A DNA stretch of 64,000 nt from Setoptus koraiensis (Eukaryota > Animalia > Arthropoda), in NCBI GenBank assembly GCA_048013815.1, contig CM106586.1, positions 18,290,001-18,354,000 of the forward strand. Direction: 5' to 3'. The position numbers were made by a program, and so were the translations under genes. Shown one piece after another: positions 13,311 to 24,800 of this stretch. The notes under the pieces were generated by a model. That model was not told the origin of the DNA. It did not search any database and was given only the letters and a program-made list of their open reading frames with translations. Numbering within the stretch: position 1 is the first letter of the stretch; the number at the start of each line of letters is the position of its first letter.

Positions 13311-13427
13311 AACAAGAGCCCACTAAATAACGAATCATCAGAACAAATATGTTTATCTACTATAACAATTGTTTATATATTGATTGATATATAAAAATAA
13401 ATTAATAAATATGAATTAAAATCTACA

Positions 13428-15869
13428 TTATGATATACCAGGAGATAGTACGCTGTGATATGCTGGCGTCCAACCTGATAGATAGTCCCAATTATATGTA
13501 CCTGTTAAATCAACTGTATTTACTAATTGAATAGGAACACCAGGTATATTGGTCCATTTATCTAATGTTGGCGTTGCGCTCCTCTGGTGGGGGCATGTGG
13601 GTAGTTGATGAGTTGGTGGTTGTTTACTGATGGTTAGCTGACTACCACCAGATGCAAGAATCATCATTGATGCATCATTAATAGATTGATATGGATGGGG
13701 TGCCAAATGATTACTATGTGCAGAGTACATGGTCTGGTATGGATTGGTAGTGGGTATATTGTTGGTGCTAGACATGATGCCATTGACATGATGATGACTA
13801 CCATAACTTCCGTCTCCTTTAAATTGACCACTATTAGTTGAAAGAGCTAGTCCTGCTTCTATGTAAGTTGACTCTTGCTTGTTTTTTGCTCGATAGGCAA
13901 ATGTCAGAACAAATATACAAAATAAACATATTATAGCTATGAATATGGACCCTGATGTCATTTGATTGATGAGAGTTTCACTTGATATTGAAGAGTTTAG
14001 TGCCCCGGGTGTGTGTCGATCGCTCGAGTTTTCGATAGCTTGGCTGTCTCCTATGTGGATTTCAATGGTCCTAGTTGTTATCGAAGAAGGACTAAAATCA
14101 TTACCATCGCTAGCTGTCAGAGTGAGCTTGAAGACGGACTTGCTTGAGCGATCCAATTCTCCCTTTACAACCAATAGATAAGTAGTTGGATCTTGGCTAT
14201 TCAGTTCGAATTTTCCATCTCCACCACTCAATTGTAATAGGAATAATTGTTGTTTAGTACTATCGACATTCTTTTGAGGATTGATGGCATTGGGGGAATC
14301 GGCGTCCTCGATTGTAACTCTGGCGATCACCTCGCCAGGTTTTATACTCTCACTAATAACTGGGTTTCTATTTTCTGTCAAAAACAATATATTAATAGTT
14401 GGTGGATTGTCATTGACATCTATCACATTAATAGTAACAATAGTGTAGGTTTTCAGCGATTGAACTCCTCCGTCTCTAGCCTCGATAACCAGTTCGTGAA
14501 CTGGCTCTGTTTCAAAATCGAGCTCTCTAACTAGGAATATTTTTCCTGTGTCGGGATTAATGCCAAAGTAAGGAGCATTTGGCGATTGTACGAAATTATT
14601 CTCTATACGTATATCATTATCTAGAGTATCGCCACTTATATATCCAGGATAGGTTTTAGTTGGCTCTAAGGTGGTAGACTTGATTGTTGTTGATGTGGGC
14701 TGTTGTTGAGAGTGCCCTGTTCTTTTCAATATGTGATAGGTGATTTGACCATTTTGATCAGCATCGGGATCATGGGCTTCGACTTGTAATATTGTTGTGC
14801 CAGTGATCGCGTTCTCTTTGACCTCTCCTTCATATCTGTCTTGCTTAAAGACGGGTTTGTTGTCATTCAAATCTTGCACAGTTATATCTACTACAAGCTG
14901 ACCAACAAGAGGGGGCGATCCACCATCGATGGCCTCAATGGTCAGTTGGTAGGAGGAAACATTTTCACGATCAAGCGGAGCATTAGCCACCTCCAGATCC
15001 ACATAGAGCATATCACCGGTTCTGTTTTGTATTAATTTGAAGATGTCATTCTTATTGCCCGAGACAATTTTATATTCTTTGATACCAAATTGTGTTGAAT
15101 CTTGATCAATTGCAACAGGTAGGGATCTTCTGGCACCCTTGCTACCCTCAGGCAAAGCAAAAGATGTTTTATTGTTAGGCAAAAATGTGGGCCTATTATC
15201 GTTGACGTCCCGAACAATGATGGTGCATGTTATTTCAACACCATTGGATGCAATGGCTAAGAACGAGTATTGATCTTTGAATTCGCGATCTAATACCACT
15301 GTAGTTCTTATTTCGCCTGTTGCGTGATTGATATTGAGCGCACTTCTAATCTCTTCTTCCCTTGTCTGGTGCGTGGGCAATATGAGAAATGGTGGCTGGC
15401 CTTGAGGCGACTTGATAAAGCCAACAAGCGTGTTGTTGGGCAAATTCTCACCTATTTCAAATTTGAGATCATTGAAATTATGAGATTGTTGTTGTTGTTG
15501 TTGTTGCTGATATGAGGGAGTAGTTTTTGTTTGGGTAGATTGTGATGATGATTGTGAGGTAATTTGTGATTGTGGTTGCTGTTGCGGTTGCTGTTGTTGC
15601 TGGGGTCTGGCTAGAATTTGTTGAGTGCTCACAGATAATGTGATAATAAAAAACAATATGATTACAGTATGATTAAGCAACATAAAATTATGTTTTGCCC
15701 GAATGTGATTCATTGTGCATTTTTCGTTAGAATTAAATGTATTATTGTGCATTTGTGTTGGCTGCTTTCGGGCGAAGCCAACAATATTATTATTACTTAA
15801 ATAATCTTGTCTGTGTCTTGTTGAGGTGGACAAGTGTAATTGGTGGCTATGTTGGCTTGTATGATACAT
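13428..15869 (-). CDS. Single-exon Dachsous-like cadherin: signal peptide, 4 cadherin repeats, TM helix and short tail with a YNWDYL motif
   Basis: The 826-codon open frame contains the hydrophobic signal LLNHTVIILFFIITLSVS and the cadherin motifs LDRE, DVNDN, DLNDN, LDFE and DVNDN. The TM segment is SIFIAIICLFCIFVLTFAY followed by RAKNK, and the tail is GTYNWDYLSGWTPAYHSV. In-frame ATGs lie at 15869 (813 aa) and 15713 (761 aa); the ORF-track start 15908 is TTG. Confidence 0.9.
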   Translation of the reverse strand: MYHTSQHSHQLHLSTSTRHRQDYLSNNNIVGFARKQPTQMHNNTFNSNEKCTMNHIRAKHNFMLLNHTVIILFFIITLSVSTQQILARPQQQQQPQQQPQSQITSQSSSQSTQTKTTPSYQQQQQQQQSHNFNDLKFEIGENLPNNTLVGFIKSPQGQPPFLILPTHQTREEEIRSALNINHATGEIRTTVVLDREFKDQYSFLAIASNGVEITCTIIVRDVNDNRPTFLPNNKTSFALPEGSKGARRSLPVAIDQDSTQFGIKEYKIVSGNKNDIFKLIQNRTGDMLYVDLEVANAPLDRENVSSYQLTIEAIDGGSPPLVGQLVVDITVQDLNDNKPVFKQDRYEGEVKENAITGTTILQVEAHDPDADQNGQITYHILKRTGHSQQQPTSTTIKSTTLEPTKTYPGYISGDTLDNDIRIENNFVQSPNAPYFGINPDTGKIFLVRELDFETEPVHELVIEARDGGVQSLKTYTIVTINVIDVNDNPPTINILFLTENRNPVISESIKPGEVIARVTIEDADSPNAINPQKNVDSTKQQLFLLQLSGGDGKFELNSQDPTTYLLVVKGELDRSSKSVFKLTLTASDGNDFSPSSITTRTIEIHIGDSQAIENSSDRHTPGALNSSISSETLINQMTSGSIFIAIICLFCIFVLTFAYRAKNKQESTYIEAGLALSTNSGQFKGDGSYGSHHHVNGIMSSTNNIPTTNPYQTMYSAHSNHLAPHPYQSINDASMMILASGGSQLTISKQPPTHQLPTCPHQRSATPTLDKWTNIPGVPIQLVNTVDLTGTYNWDYLSGWTPAYHSVLSPGIS

Positions 15870-18800
15870 GTTTGGTTGCTTGTTGATAATAATACAATTT
15901 GACAACAACAGAAAATAAAAATAATGTGATGTGATTTAATTGATCTCGATGAGGACACTGGTGATGTGGTGTTGTTTTTGTTTGTTGTTGTGCACCCACT
16001 TGGACATTTCGACTAACTAATATTATCAACTACTGACATAAATATAATAGTGTGTGAGATGGCATGTGAAAACTGATGATGGGTGAGATAATATGACGAC
16101 GATATAAGATAATAATAATAATGCTTTATGTCAAATAATAGAAACGTCCTTGTCGATGGTCAAAGTTTGAATCAAATGGACGCAGCGCGTTGAAACTTGT
16201 TGTTGGCTGTTGCTGCGCGTCGATGCACAGTGGTGCACACACAAAGGCACAGTTGAGTGTGATGGTGCAGCAGCGCTATAGAGTGTGCAGCAGCGCTGGC
16301 CCGTACAGTGATAAGTACTAGTGTGTGTGCGCGTTAGCGTTTGCAGCGCATGTAATGGTCATCTGAGAGAGAGGGAGAGATATAGATACACACAACATTG
16401 GTGCAGCTTTTGGATTTATGTGTGACCCACCCTTTATGCTTTTATGCTTTTATGCTTGTGGCCTTGCTTGCCGCTTCTAAATTATACGAACGAAATAAAA
16501 TAAAAATAATGATAATATAAAATATACTACGGCAGCAGCAACAGCCGCTAGCGGCGGCTAATGTGCGTGCGCTTGTTGCCTGTTGGCCGTGCTTGCTGGT
16601 GCTGTTGTTGCTGGTGCTGTTGTTGCTGGCGCTGCTGATGCCGATGCTGTTGTTGCCAGTTGTTGCCAGTTGTTGGTGCCAGTCGCTGGTAGTTGTTGGC
16701 GCTGCGGTGTGCGCGTTGCCCGTTGCCCGTGTCGTGGCTATAGCTGTAGCTGTTGACGAACGATGGCTCGTATGGCTCGTATAGTTCGCGTATGGCTGAT
16801 GCTGGGTGAGTTCGAAACGACTCGCAAACGAAGCAACAAATTCGACTGCGGCCAAACTACGGCCATGCTAACACAACGCACACACACTGGCGTGCGTTCC
16901 ACTCCCTGTCGCCCCCACTGCGCTGGTCGTTGCTTCAACGCGTTCGCGATTCGCGATGCGTGTGCACCATCGAGCGAACGCATGAGCGAATCACTGGCAC
17001 ACATCGGCACTCTCTCGCATTCGAATTTCGAGCTGCGAACTGCGGACTGCGAACTCCGCGCTGCCAGTTTCGAACTGCGAACTCGGCACTGCGAATTTCG
17101 AACCGCGAACTCCTCGAACGATCAGAGAGCCTGGGAATGGACAGTCCGCTACGACCATTGAAATGGCACACACACGCACTGCGCACACCACGCACACTGG
17201 GCACATCGCCAGTGAAGTGGACAGAAGCCGAGCGCGGCGTTGCGTTGGGCCGCCAGTTGCATTGGTGCATTGGTGCAGCCCGACGGTGCGCCGCATCTGA
17301 TGCGTCTGGTGCGTCTGATGCGTCTGACGCATCTGATGCAGCCAACAAGCGGCCAGTGTGCAGCGCGCACGGTGTAGGTGTCTCACGAGTGGTGCGCACC
17401 ATACCGCCGACTGCAGACTGTGGTGCAGACTGCGCAGCAAACTGCTGACATGCAGACTGCCAACAAAGGCAGCAGCAACAACAACAACAACGACAACACC
17501 GATGACAGAACAAGGCAAACTAATCAGCTAGTGTTTGCTGTTTGCATCTCTATCGCTAATTACTACCACCAGCACCGCTGGCGCGCTTAACAACAGCAAC
17601 AGCAACAACAACAACAAGCGACCGAGCACTACTCCTAATCTTGTCCACTTGCACACACACGCACACGCACTGTCCGTTATTTGCATTATTCACCTGTTGT
17701 TGTTGTTGTTGCTGTTGCTCTTATCTTGTGCTCGCTGCACTGCTGCTGGCACGTTGGGCCAACGGCGTGCACGTACGGCCAGTGTGGAGCCGGAGAAGTG
17801 GCCATTGTGTAGCAGAATGGATTAGTATGGCGCTGGGCCGCTGGCAGACGGACAACAACAATAGCACGCAAACAAATGGCACCTATCAAGATATATCTGA
17901 TTTGAGCCAGCAGCAACAGCACCGTTGGGGATTATCGTGTCAATTACTGACAACTGCTGCCAGCCACCACACAAACACAGCCATGCAACCCGAGACGCAA
18001 ACTCTTTCTCGTCGTCTCTGCGTCCCTTTGCAATCTCAACAACTCTGCCAATTTGCTGCCGCTGCCGCCGCTGCTGCAAACTGGCCGCTGCTGGCCAGCA
18101 TTGTCCGAGCGAGCATTGTCCGAGCGAGCAGCGGTATCGAATTTGCGCGTGCCCGCTCGCCTGTTTGTTTGTTTGTTTGCCTGGCATCACTCCAATATTT
18201 GGAGTGCAAACGCTCGCGCTGCTGGCACCAAATGAGACGAGACTCGCACGGCAAACAATTAACCAGCTTACATAGGGGCGCCTCCGATCTGCGCCCGTCC
18301 GTCCGTCCGCTCGCCCGTCCGTCCGCTCGCCCGTCCGTCCGCGCGTCAGTTTGCGCCGATACGCGCCCTCTCGCTCTTTTGGGTGTCCCTCTCGGTGCAA
18401 TTGCCAATCCAATTAGCTCAACATGCTCGGCAGCGCCTCGCATCGCACCGATGCAGGCCACACCCGTTAGCCAGTTTGCTGGCAGCGCGCAGTTTGTGCG
18501 CCGGCCAGCACCGGTCTAGTGCCAGGCTAATTAGTAGGTAGTAAGGCAATAAAGTTTGCGCGCGAGCTTGCGCACCTTCGCACCGCCACGCACCATCTGT
18601 GCGCCTGTGTGCCCGACTGTAATTAAATCACCTGGAATCAATCTCTGACAGACGAGCGCTCATATGGGCCAGCACTTGTGGCGCGTGGCGACCGGTGCGC
18701 GCGCAAATCTGGCCAGATTGATACATCTGACACGCATCTGGTTGCATTGATATATTGATATATGCGCCATGATGTATGCAGACGATGTATGCAGATGATG

Positions 18801-21667
18801 TATGCAGATGAGGTGCGCGATGATACGCGTCCGTGGTGCACGAGACGATACGTGTCGATGATGTACGCAGACGCAGATATGTGGTGCGCCTGTTGCTCCC
18901 TCTGTTTATTATCTGGTCAAGCTGCCAACCTGCAGCGCCGACACGAGTGATAAGCAAATTTTGTGCGCCAGTGCTGCCAGTTGGATCGCTCCACAATTGC
19001 CAAGAGACTGCGCTCACTGCAACGATCATCGTGTCGTTGTTGTTGTTGCCGCTGTCGTTGTTGTTGTTGCCGCTGTCGCTGTTGTTGTTGTTGCTGTCGT
19101 TGTTGTTGAGCCCTGCAAAGTTATGGCCTGCCCTCTCGTTTGTTGCCGGCTGACAGCGGTGCCAGGCCGAGACTGGCCATCATCGTGGCCATTATTACTA
19201 CTGGCACTACTGCTCGAGAGCGCCTGATGATAATGGTGCGTGCTTGGCGTGTTGTTGCAGCGCCAGCAGCACCAACAGCGGCAACAACAACAACGGCAAC
19301 AACAACGGCAACAACAACGCCAAAGATACCACTAATGTTAATGTTCGGCGCTTCTTCTGCTGCTGCTGGCACTCGTGCACCGAAAGAGACTAGTTGTTAG
19401 TGCGGCCAGAGAACCAAGTGAACCAAATAGAGCAAGAACAGTAGAAGTAAACTAAATTAAGATGGTGATGATGATTGAAGGTTTGCCTCGCTCCAGGCGC
19501 ACACCAGGCCCACGGCCCAACAGCAGCAGCACAACAACAGCAGCACAACAGCGGCAGCACAACAGCAGCGCCGGCACAACAACGACAGCAACAACAGCAG
19601 CTCAACAACGACGCCAACAACAACGGCAGCACAACAGCGGCACAGACCGGCGCACACTGGCACGCTGAGAGAGAAAGCGCGCGCGCACGCACAGGTAAGA
19701 GGAGCTGACAATGGGCAAGCGCTGTCACGGACAAAGGTGAGCGCGCGCACACGGCCGAAGCCCCCAGCCCCTGGCCGTTAATTGTCTTCACGGAGTGTGC
19801 CCGTTGGCCAGTGTGTCCAGTGCGGCCACTAGCGACTGCGAGCGACTGCGAGCGACTGCGAGCGACCAGTAACTGCGAGCGACCGGCCACTGCGAGCACT
19901 TCGTTTCTGGGCCGGACAAGAGCGAAGGGCCGGCGGAGAAAGCGCACAGTGAGAGCGGCCACAATGGAAAGAATGGCCAGCGGACAGCGCATTTGCATCT
20001 ATAATGCACGCTGACCATGACTCCCTATTCACATTTGTGTGCGTGTGTGCTGCACACAAAGAGCCGTTCGCCCGATCGACGCACCGAATCTGTTCGCGTT
20101 CGCATCGGCGTTCGCGTTCGGCGTTCGAACTGGAGTCGGCGTTCGAGCTGGATTCGGCGCTCGGATCGGCGACGCTCCAACTCCGAACGCAATCGGAGCC
20201 GCGCTCTGCGCCTCCGCTCGCCCCTCTGCAGCACCGACGGAGCGTTCCATTTGTGCGGCCCGTGGCCCGGTCGCCGCTCGGCGTTCGCGTCTCGGGTCGC
20301 GTCTCGGGTCGCGTCTCGGTCCGCGCCGGCCCCACGTTCTCGTGCATGCAAACTGACAACTGTGGGCGGCACTTGAACCGGCCCGTCGCAACAGCTCGCA
20401 ACGGCTAGCCGGCCGGCGAGTCGGTGCATCACATTTTGGCTGGCAGTCGCAAGTTGCGAGTGGCAACTGTTTTCGGGCCGCTCGCACTCGATCGGCAACG
20501 CATGTCAGCGACGCCGATGAAGAGATCCGATCTCTCGAGGCACGGTCGTGTTTGCATGCGGCCGCCACTGGCAAGAGTATCAATTATTGTTGTTGTTGCT
20601 GCTGCTGCTGCCCGAATCGTGCCTCCAATATGCATTTTCGACACACCCTGGCTTCTGCGCCGGCACAGAAGCCGGCACCCAAACTGGCGAGAGCTCGCAT
20701 TTTTGTTGCAACAGGCCAGCCGGCGATGCACTTGCAGCGTCGCCGGGCCTGTTGCATCGCGTTGCAACAAGTGCACCGATCGGCACCGTGACGCAAGCGC
20801 CGGCACTCTGGTAACTCTAGGAGAGACTCGGCTCTGGCTACCAGAGGCGGTGCGGCCGAGCCGCGGCCGACGGACATTAAAAACGAATATAAACTCAAAT
20901 GTAAGTGCGGCCGGCCGGCCGGCGTTGTTTTGGCCTGAGCGCTTCATGCGCAATAATCACAATGGCGCTGCCAGTAGCCGGCAACAACTGCGCTAATCAT
21001 CATCAATCTCGTCATCGTCAGCAACGACAGCGCAACAACGACAGCGACATCATAACAACAACGCTGACGACAACAAAGCAATGGGCAATTTGCCAGCACC
21101 ACTCGGCCGCCGCTTGTTGCAGCGGCTGCAGTGGTTGCGTGGTTGCAGTGGTGCAGTGGTGCAGTGGTGCAGTGGTGCAGTTGCTGGCTGCGGCCGTTCG
21201 GTAGCCGCAAGTGCAAAGTGGCCAGCGCAGACGCGAAAGCGGAGAGAGTGCAAAGTGCCAAGTGCAGCCAGACGGCGCAACCAAACAACAATTACCTGTC
21301 CGCTGCGAGCGCTGCGATGCAACCGCGCCGAGATGCCAGCACGCCGGGATGCGCTAACGTGCCCACGACGCCAAGCGGGCCTAATTGACGGGCCGCCACG
21401 GTGCTAGCACTTGCCAGGTGAGTCTCACGGCCCGTCGTCACGGGCCGGCTCACAAGCGGGCGGCCCGCGAGCCCGCGGCTCGTCGGCTAGGCGGCGCCGC
21501 ATGGGCTCACCTGGGCCTGGGTGGCGCGTTGATGGCGCGCTGTCGACAGCTAATCAATGTCGCATGTGTCCGCCGGTGCTCATGGGAAGCGCCGCGCCAT
21601 CGGCTATTAATCAACTATTGGCCGCAAAGGGCTCTCTGTGGCCGAACACGAGTGGCTCCGCCGCCAA

Positions 21668-21712
21668 CAGCGACGGCGACAACAACAGCAACAACAACAA
21701 CAGCAACAACAA

Positions 21713-21759
<47 letters not shown>

Positions 21760-21825
21760 TCAACAACAACAACGACAACAGCGACAGCGAAAACGACAAC
21801 AACAACCGCAGCGACAGCAGCGGCG
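21668..21825. repeat. (CAA/CAG)n and AACAGC microsatellite tract
   Basis: Read directly; gives poly-Q, poly-T/A and poly-L frames. Confidence 0.95.
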
Positions 21826-24800
21826 ACGGGCGAGTTCAATTGGGCGGCATGAACGTGTGTTCATGGTCAGTTAAATTAGGCATTGGCTCGTGTTAATTCG
21901 GGCTGGCTGTTTGTTTGCGTCGTCGTCGCTGCTTTTGTACTTCACCGGTTGATTTGGGCCGCATTTCGGTTGCATTGGCCGGCGTCGGGGCTGGTTTGGG
22001 TCGTTGCCACTTGTGGCGTGCCTCTCGAGTTGAGATAAACTCGCCAGCAGCGGCAACAACAGCAACAGCAACAACTACAACTCCGACGAGCACGACGCCA
22101 ACAGCGACAAAGCCACTCGCAACAAACATGGCCGCGATGTTTGCGTTGATAAGTCATGCCGGGCACCAGCTACAAATAGAGCCGAGAAAGGGTTTGCCGC
22201 CGCCGCCGTCGCCGCTGTTTGTTTGCGAGCGGCGGCGGCGGCCGCCGCCTCGCTCGTGGCAACTCTTTGGCCAGCCACGGCCGCTCTGGCCTTGCGTTCG
22301 TGGCCAGAGCGGCCAAAGTGGCCGGAGTGAGCAGTGGCCAGAGCGGCCAATTTGGCCGAATGGCCAGTGCGCAGGCCCCGGGCTCGCGGCCTGCTGCGTC
22401 TGATTGGCTCAACAATCGCATTGAGTGGATTGATTGTTGACCGGCCGCGATGACCACGAGTGTAAGGTGACCACGAATGTGAGCTGACCACGCATGTGAG
22501 GTGACCACGCATGTGAGGTGACCACGATGACGCCCATAAGCAAACACCCGATCGTGCACAATATACACATTTGCCACATAAACACATGGGTGGGTATGGG
22601 CCGGTTGTTGGTTATTAGCAGCGGGTTTGGCGCTCGCCGGCGCTCACTTGTTGCCCAAATACAAAAGTGGCCAGCAGAAACAAAAGAATCGATTCGGCTG
22701 CTTCCAATCAGCGACAATAAACACACACTGCATCGGATGTGGCGGGTCTGGCCATAGTGGATAATTAGTGCCCCACATACAATTGCACACATAACGCTGC
22801 CGCCATACTACCGCCGGTGCACTGCTGCTAATAGTGATAATAGTGGTAAAAGTGGTGATAGTGGTAACAGTGGTGATAGTGATGATAGTGTATCTGGTAG
22901 TGGACACTCGCGCCAACACACTCTGGTGGCCAGAGTGGCCAATTTCAAAACTCTTCAAACTTTTCGAAACGCTCGCTCGCAAATTGGCGGCCGACCGGCA
23001 GTGTCGTTAATGACATCTCTCTATTAATTGAGAGCCTCTCGTCGCGCAGTCTGTTTGTATCTCTGTTGCAGTCTCTCGCCCATCGACTGTCGCCAATTAA
23101 TTATATAACCTAGCCTGCGCGGCAAGCCCTGCCACTGCGTCAACTTGACCGACCGCATCAAATATCCGAGCGTCCGAGCGTCCGAGCGTCCGAGCGTGCG
23201 CATGTCCGTGCACCGTGCAAGGCATGCGGAGCCGAGACCAAAAGCTAATGAACTCATATACCAGCCACATGTAACATCGGCGCACAATACTGATATTAAT
23301 GCGCTGCAATTTGTCGCTGGTGCACCGACAAATTGTTGTCGTTGTTGCTGCTGTCGTTGTCGTTGCTGCTCTTGTCGCTGTTGGCCAGCGGGCAACAGGC
23401 AACAGCGTCACCTCGAGGCTCGAGCCTCGAGCCGTCCAATTGGAGATGATGGTTGACATTTTGATTAATCAAACACGGTGCAGGTGAAGTGGTGCACATT
23501 CAACACTCGAAAGGCACAAACTCAAACACTGTGCTGAGCGTCGAGACCAGACAACTATCAACACCTCATCATGGCACTGAATCATTCGCAGTTGGTGCGT
23601 GCACGGAATTCATTTTTGCTGCTCTCGCTCGGTGCGTCGAGTCGGGCGCGACTCGGGCGCGACTCGGACGCGACTTGAATGCGACCGATGCCACTTTGAT
23701 GCGACTAGTGCGACTGATGCGACTTGCACCAACGGCGGCTCACCTCGCTCTGCCTGGCAGAGCAACTAATGTAGCCAACTGGTGCGGCCGACTAGTGCGG
23801 CCGACTGGTGCGGCCAACTGGTGCAGCCAATTGGTGCAGCCAATTGGTGCAGCCAGTTGGTGCAGTGTCCGCAGAGAGCAAACAGACGCAGCAGAGGAAG
23901 TCAATGTTTGTTGCTTGTTTGTTTACTAGCGATGGCGAGCAGCGAAATAGTTGAACAAATAGTCGGCCGGCGAGATTATTATCTAACTGCGCACTGCGGA
24001 GCGCGGGCTGCGACAGCAGACAGTCTCGGGACTCGGCACTCGGCACTCGGACCGAACAGCGATCGGCACTCGGACCGAGCGGAGATCGGGATCGGGCACA
24101 CACAGTGGAACTGCTGATCAATTATTTATACGCCGTCAAGTGCAGCCAGCAAGTATAACAACGACGGCAACAGCAACAACACCGACAGCAACAGCAACAA
24201 CAACGACAGCAACAACACCGACAGCAACAACAGCAACAACAAGTGCTGTTGCGGGCGTCACGTCGCCTGGCATCGTGTCGCCTGTGTGGTAGTTTGAATA
24301 AAGATGCTAATCTAGCTAAGTGTGTTTAGATGCTGGCCAGCAGATACAAACACACTGACCAGCGGTCAGTGTGTGTCAGTGGGCACTGATTAAATTCAAG
24401 TTTGCGCACACACATTGCAGATTAGCCAAGATGGCATGATGATAGTTCACACGAATACAAGCCGAGCGTACGATATATTTATTTGGTTTGCGCTGGCCGT
24501 GGCTTGCGGGCATCGCGAAAGGCAAAACAAACAGCAGCGAGCCTTGAGTGGTCAGCGGCGACTCGAGAGTTTGCCCGACATCAAGTGCTCATGACTAAAT
24601 GGGCAGCCAGGCAGCAGTTTATGGCCGCAACAAGCAAACGTTGCGTCTGCGTTGCGCCCGCCGGCCGCCGGCGGCCGATATCGCTCGGCTTCAACTTGAC
24701 GCCGTCAAGGTGAACTATGGATGATGCGAGCGCGGACAGTGCGCCCTCGTTGAGCAAACATCGCGCAGCCTGCGACACACATCAGCTGTCATGTGTCCAC

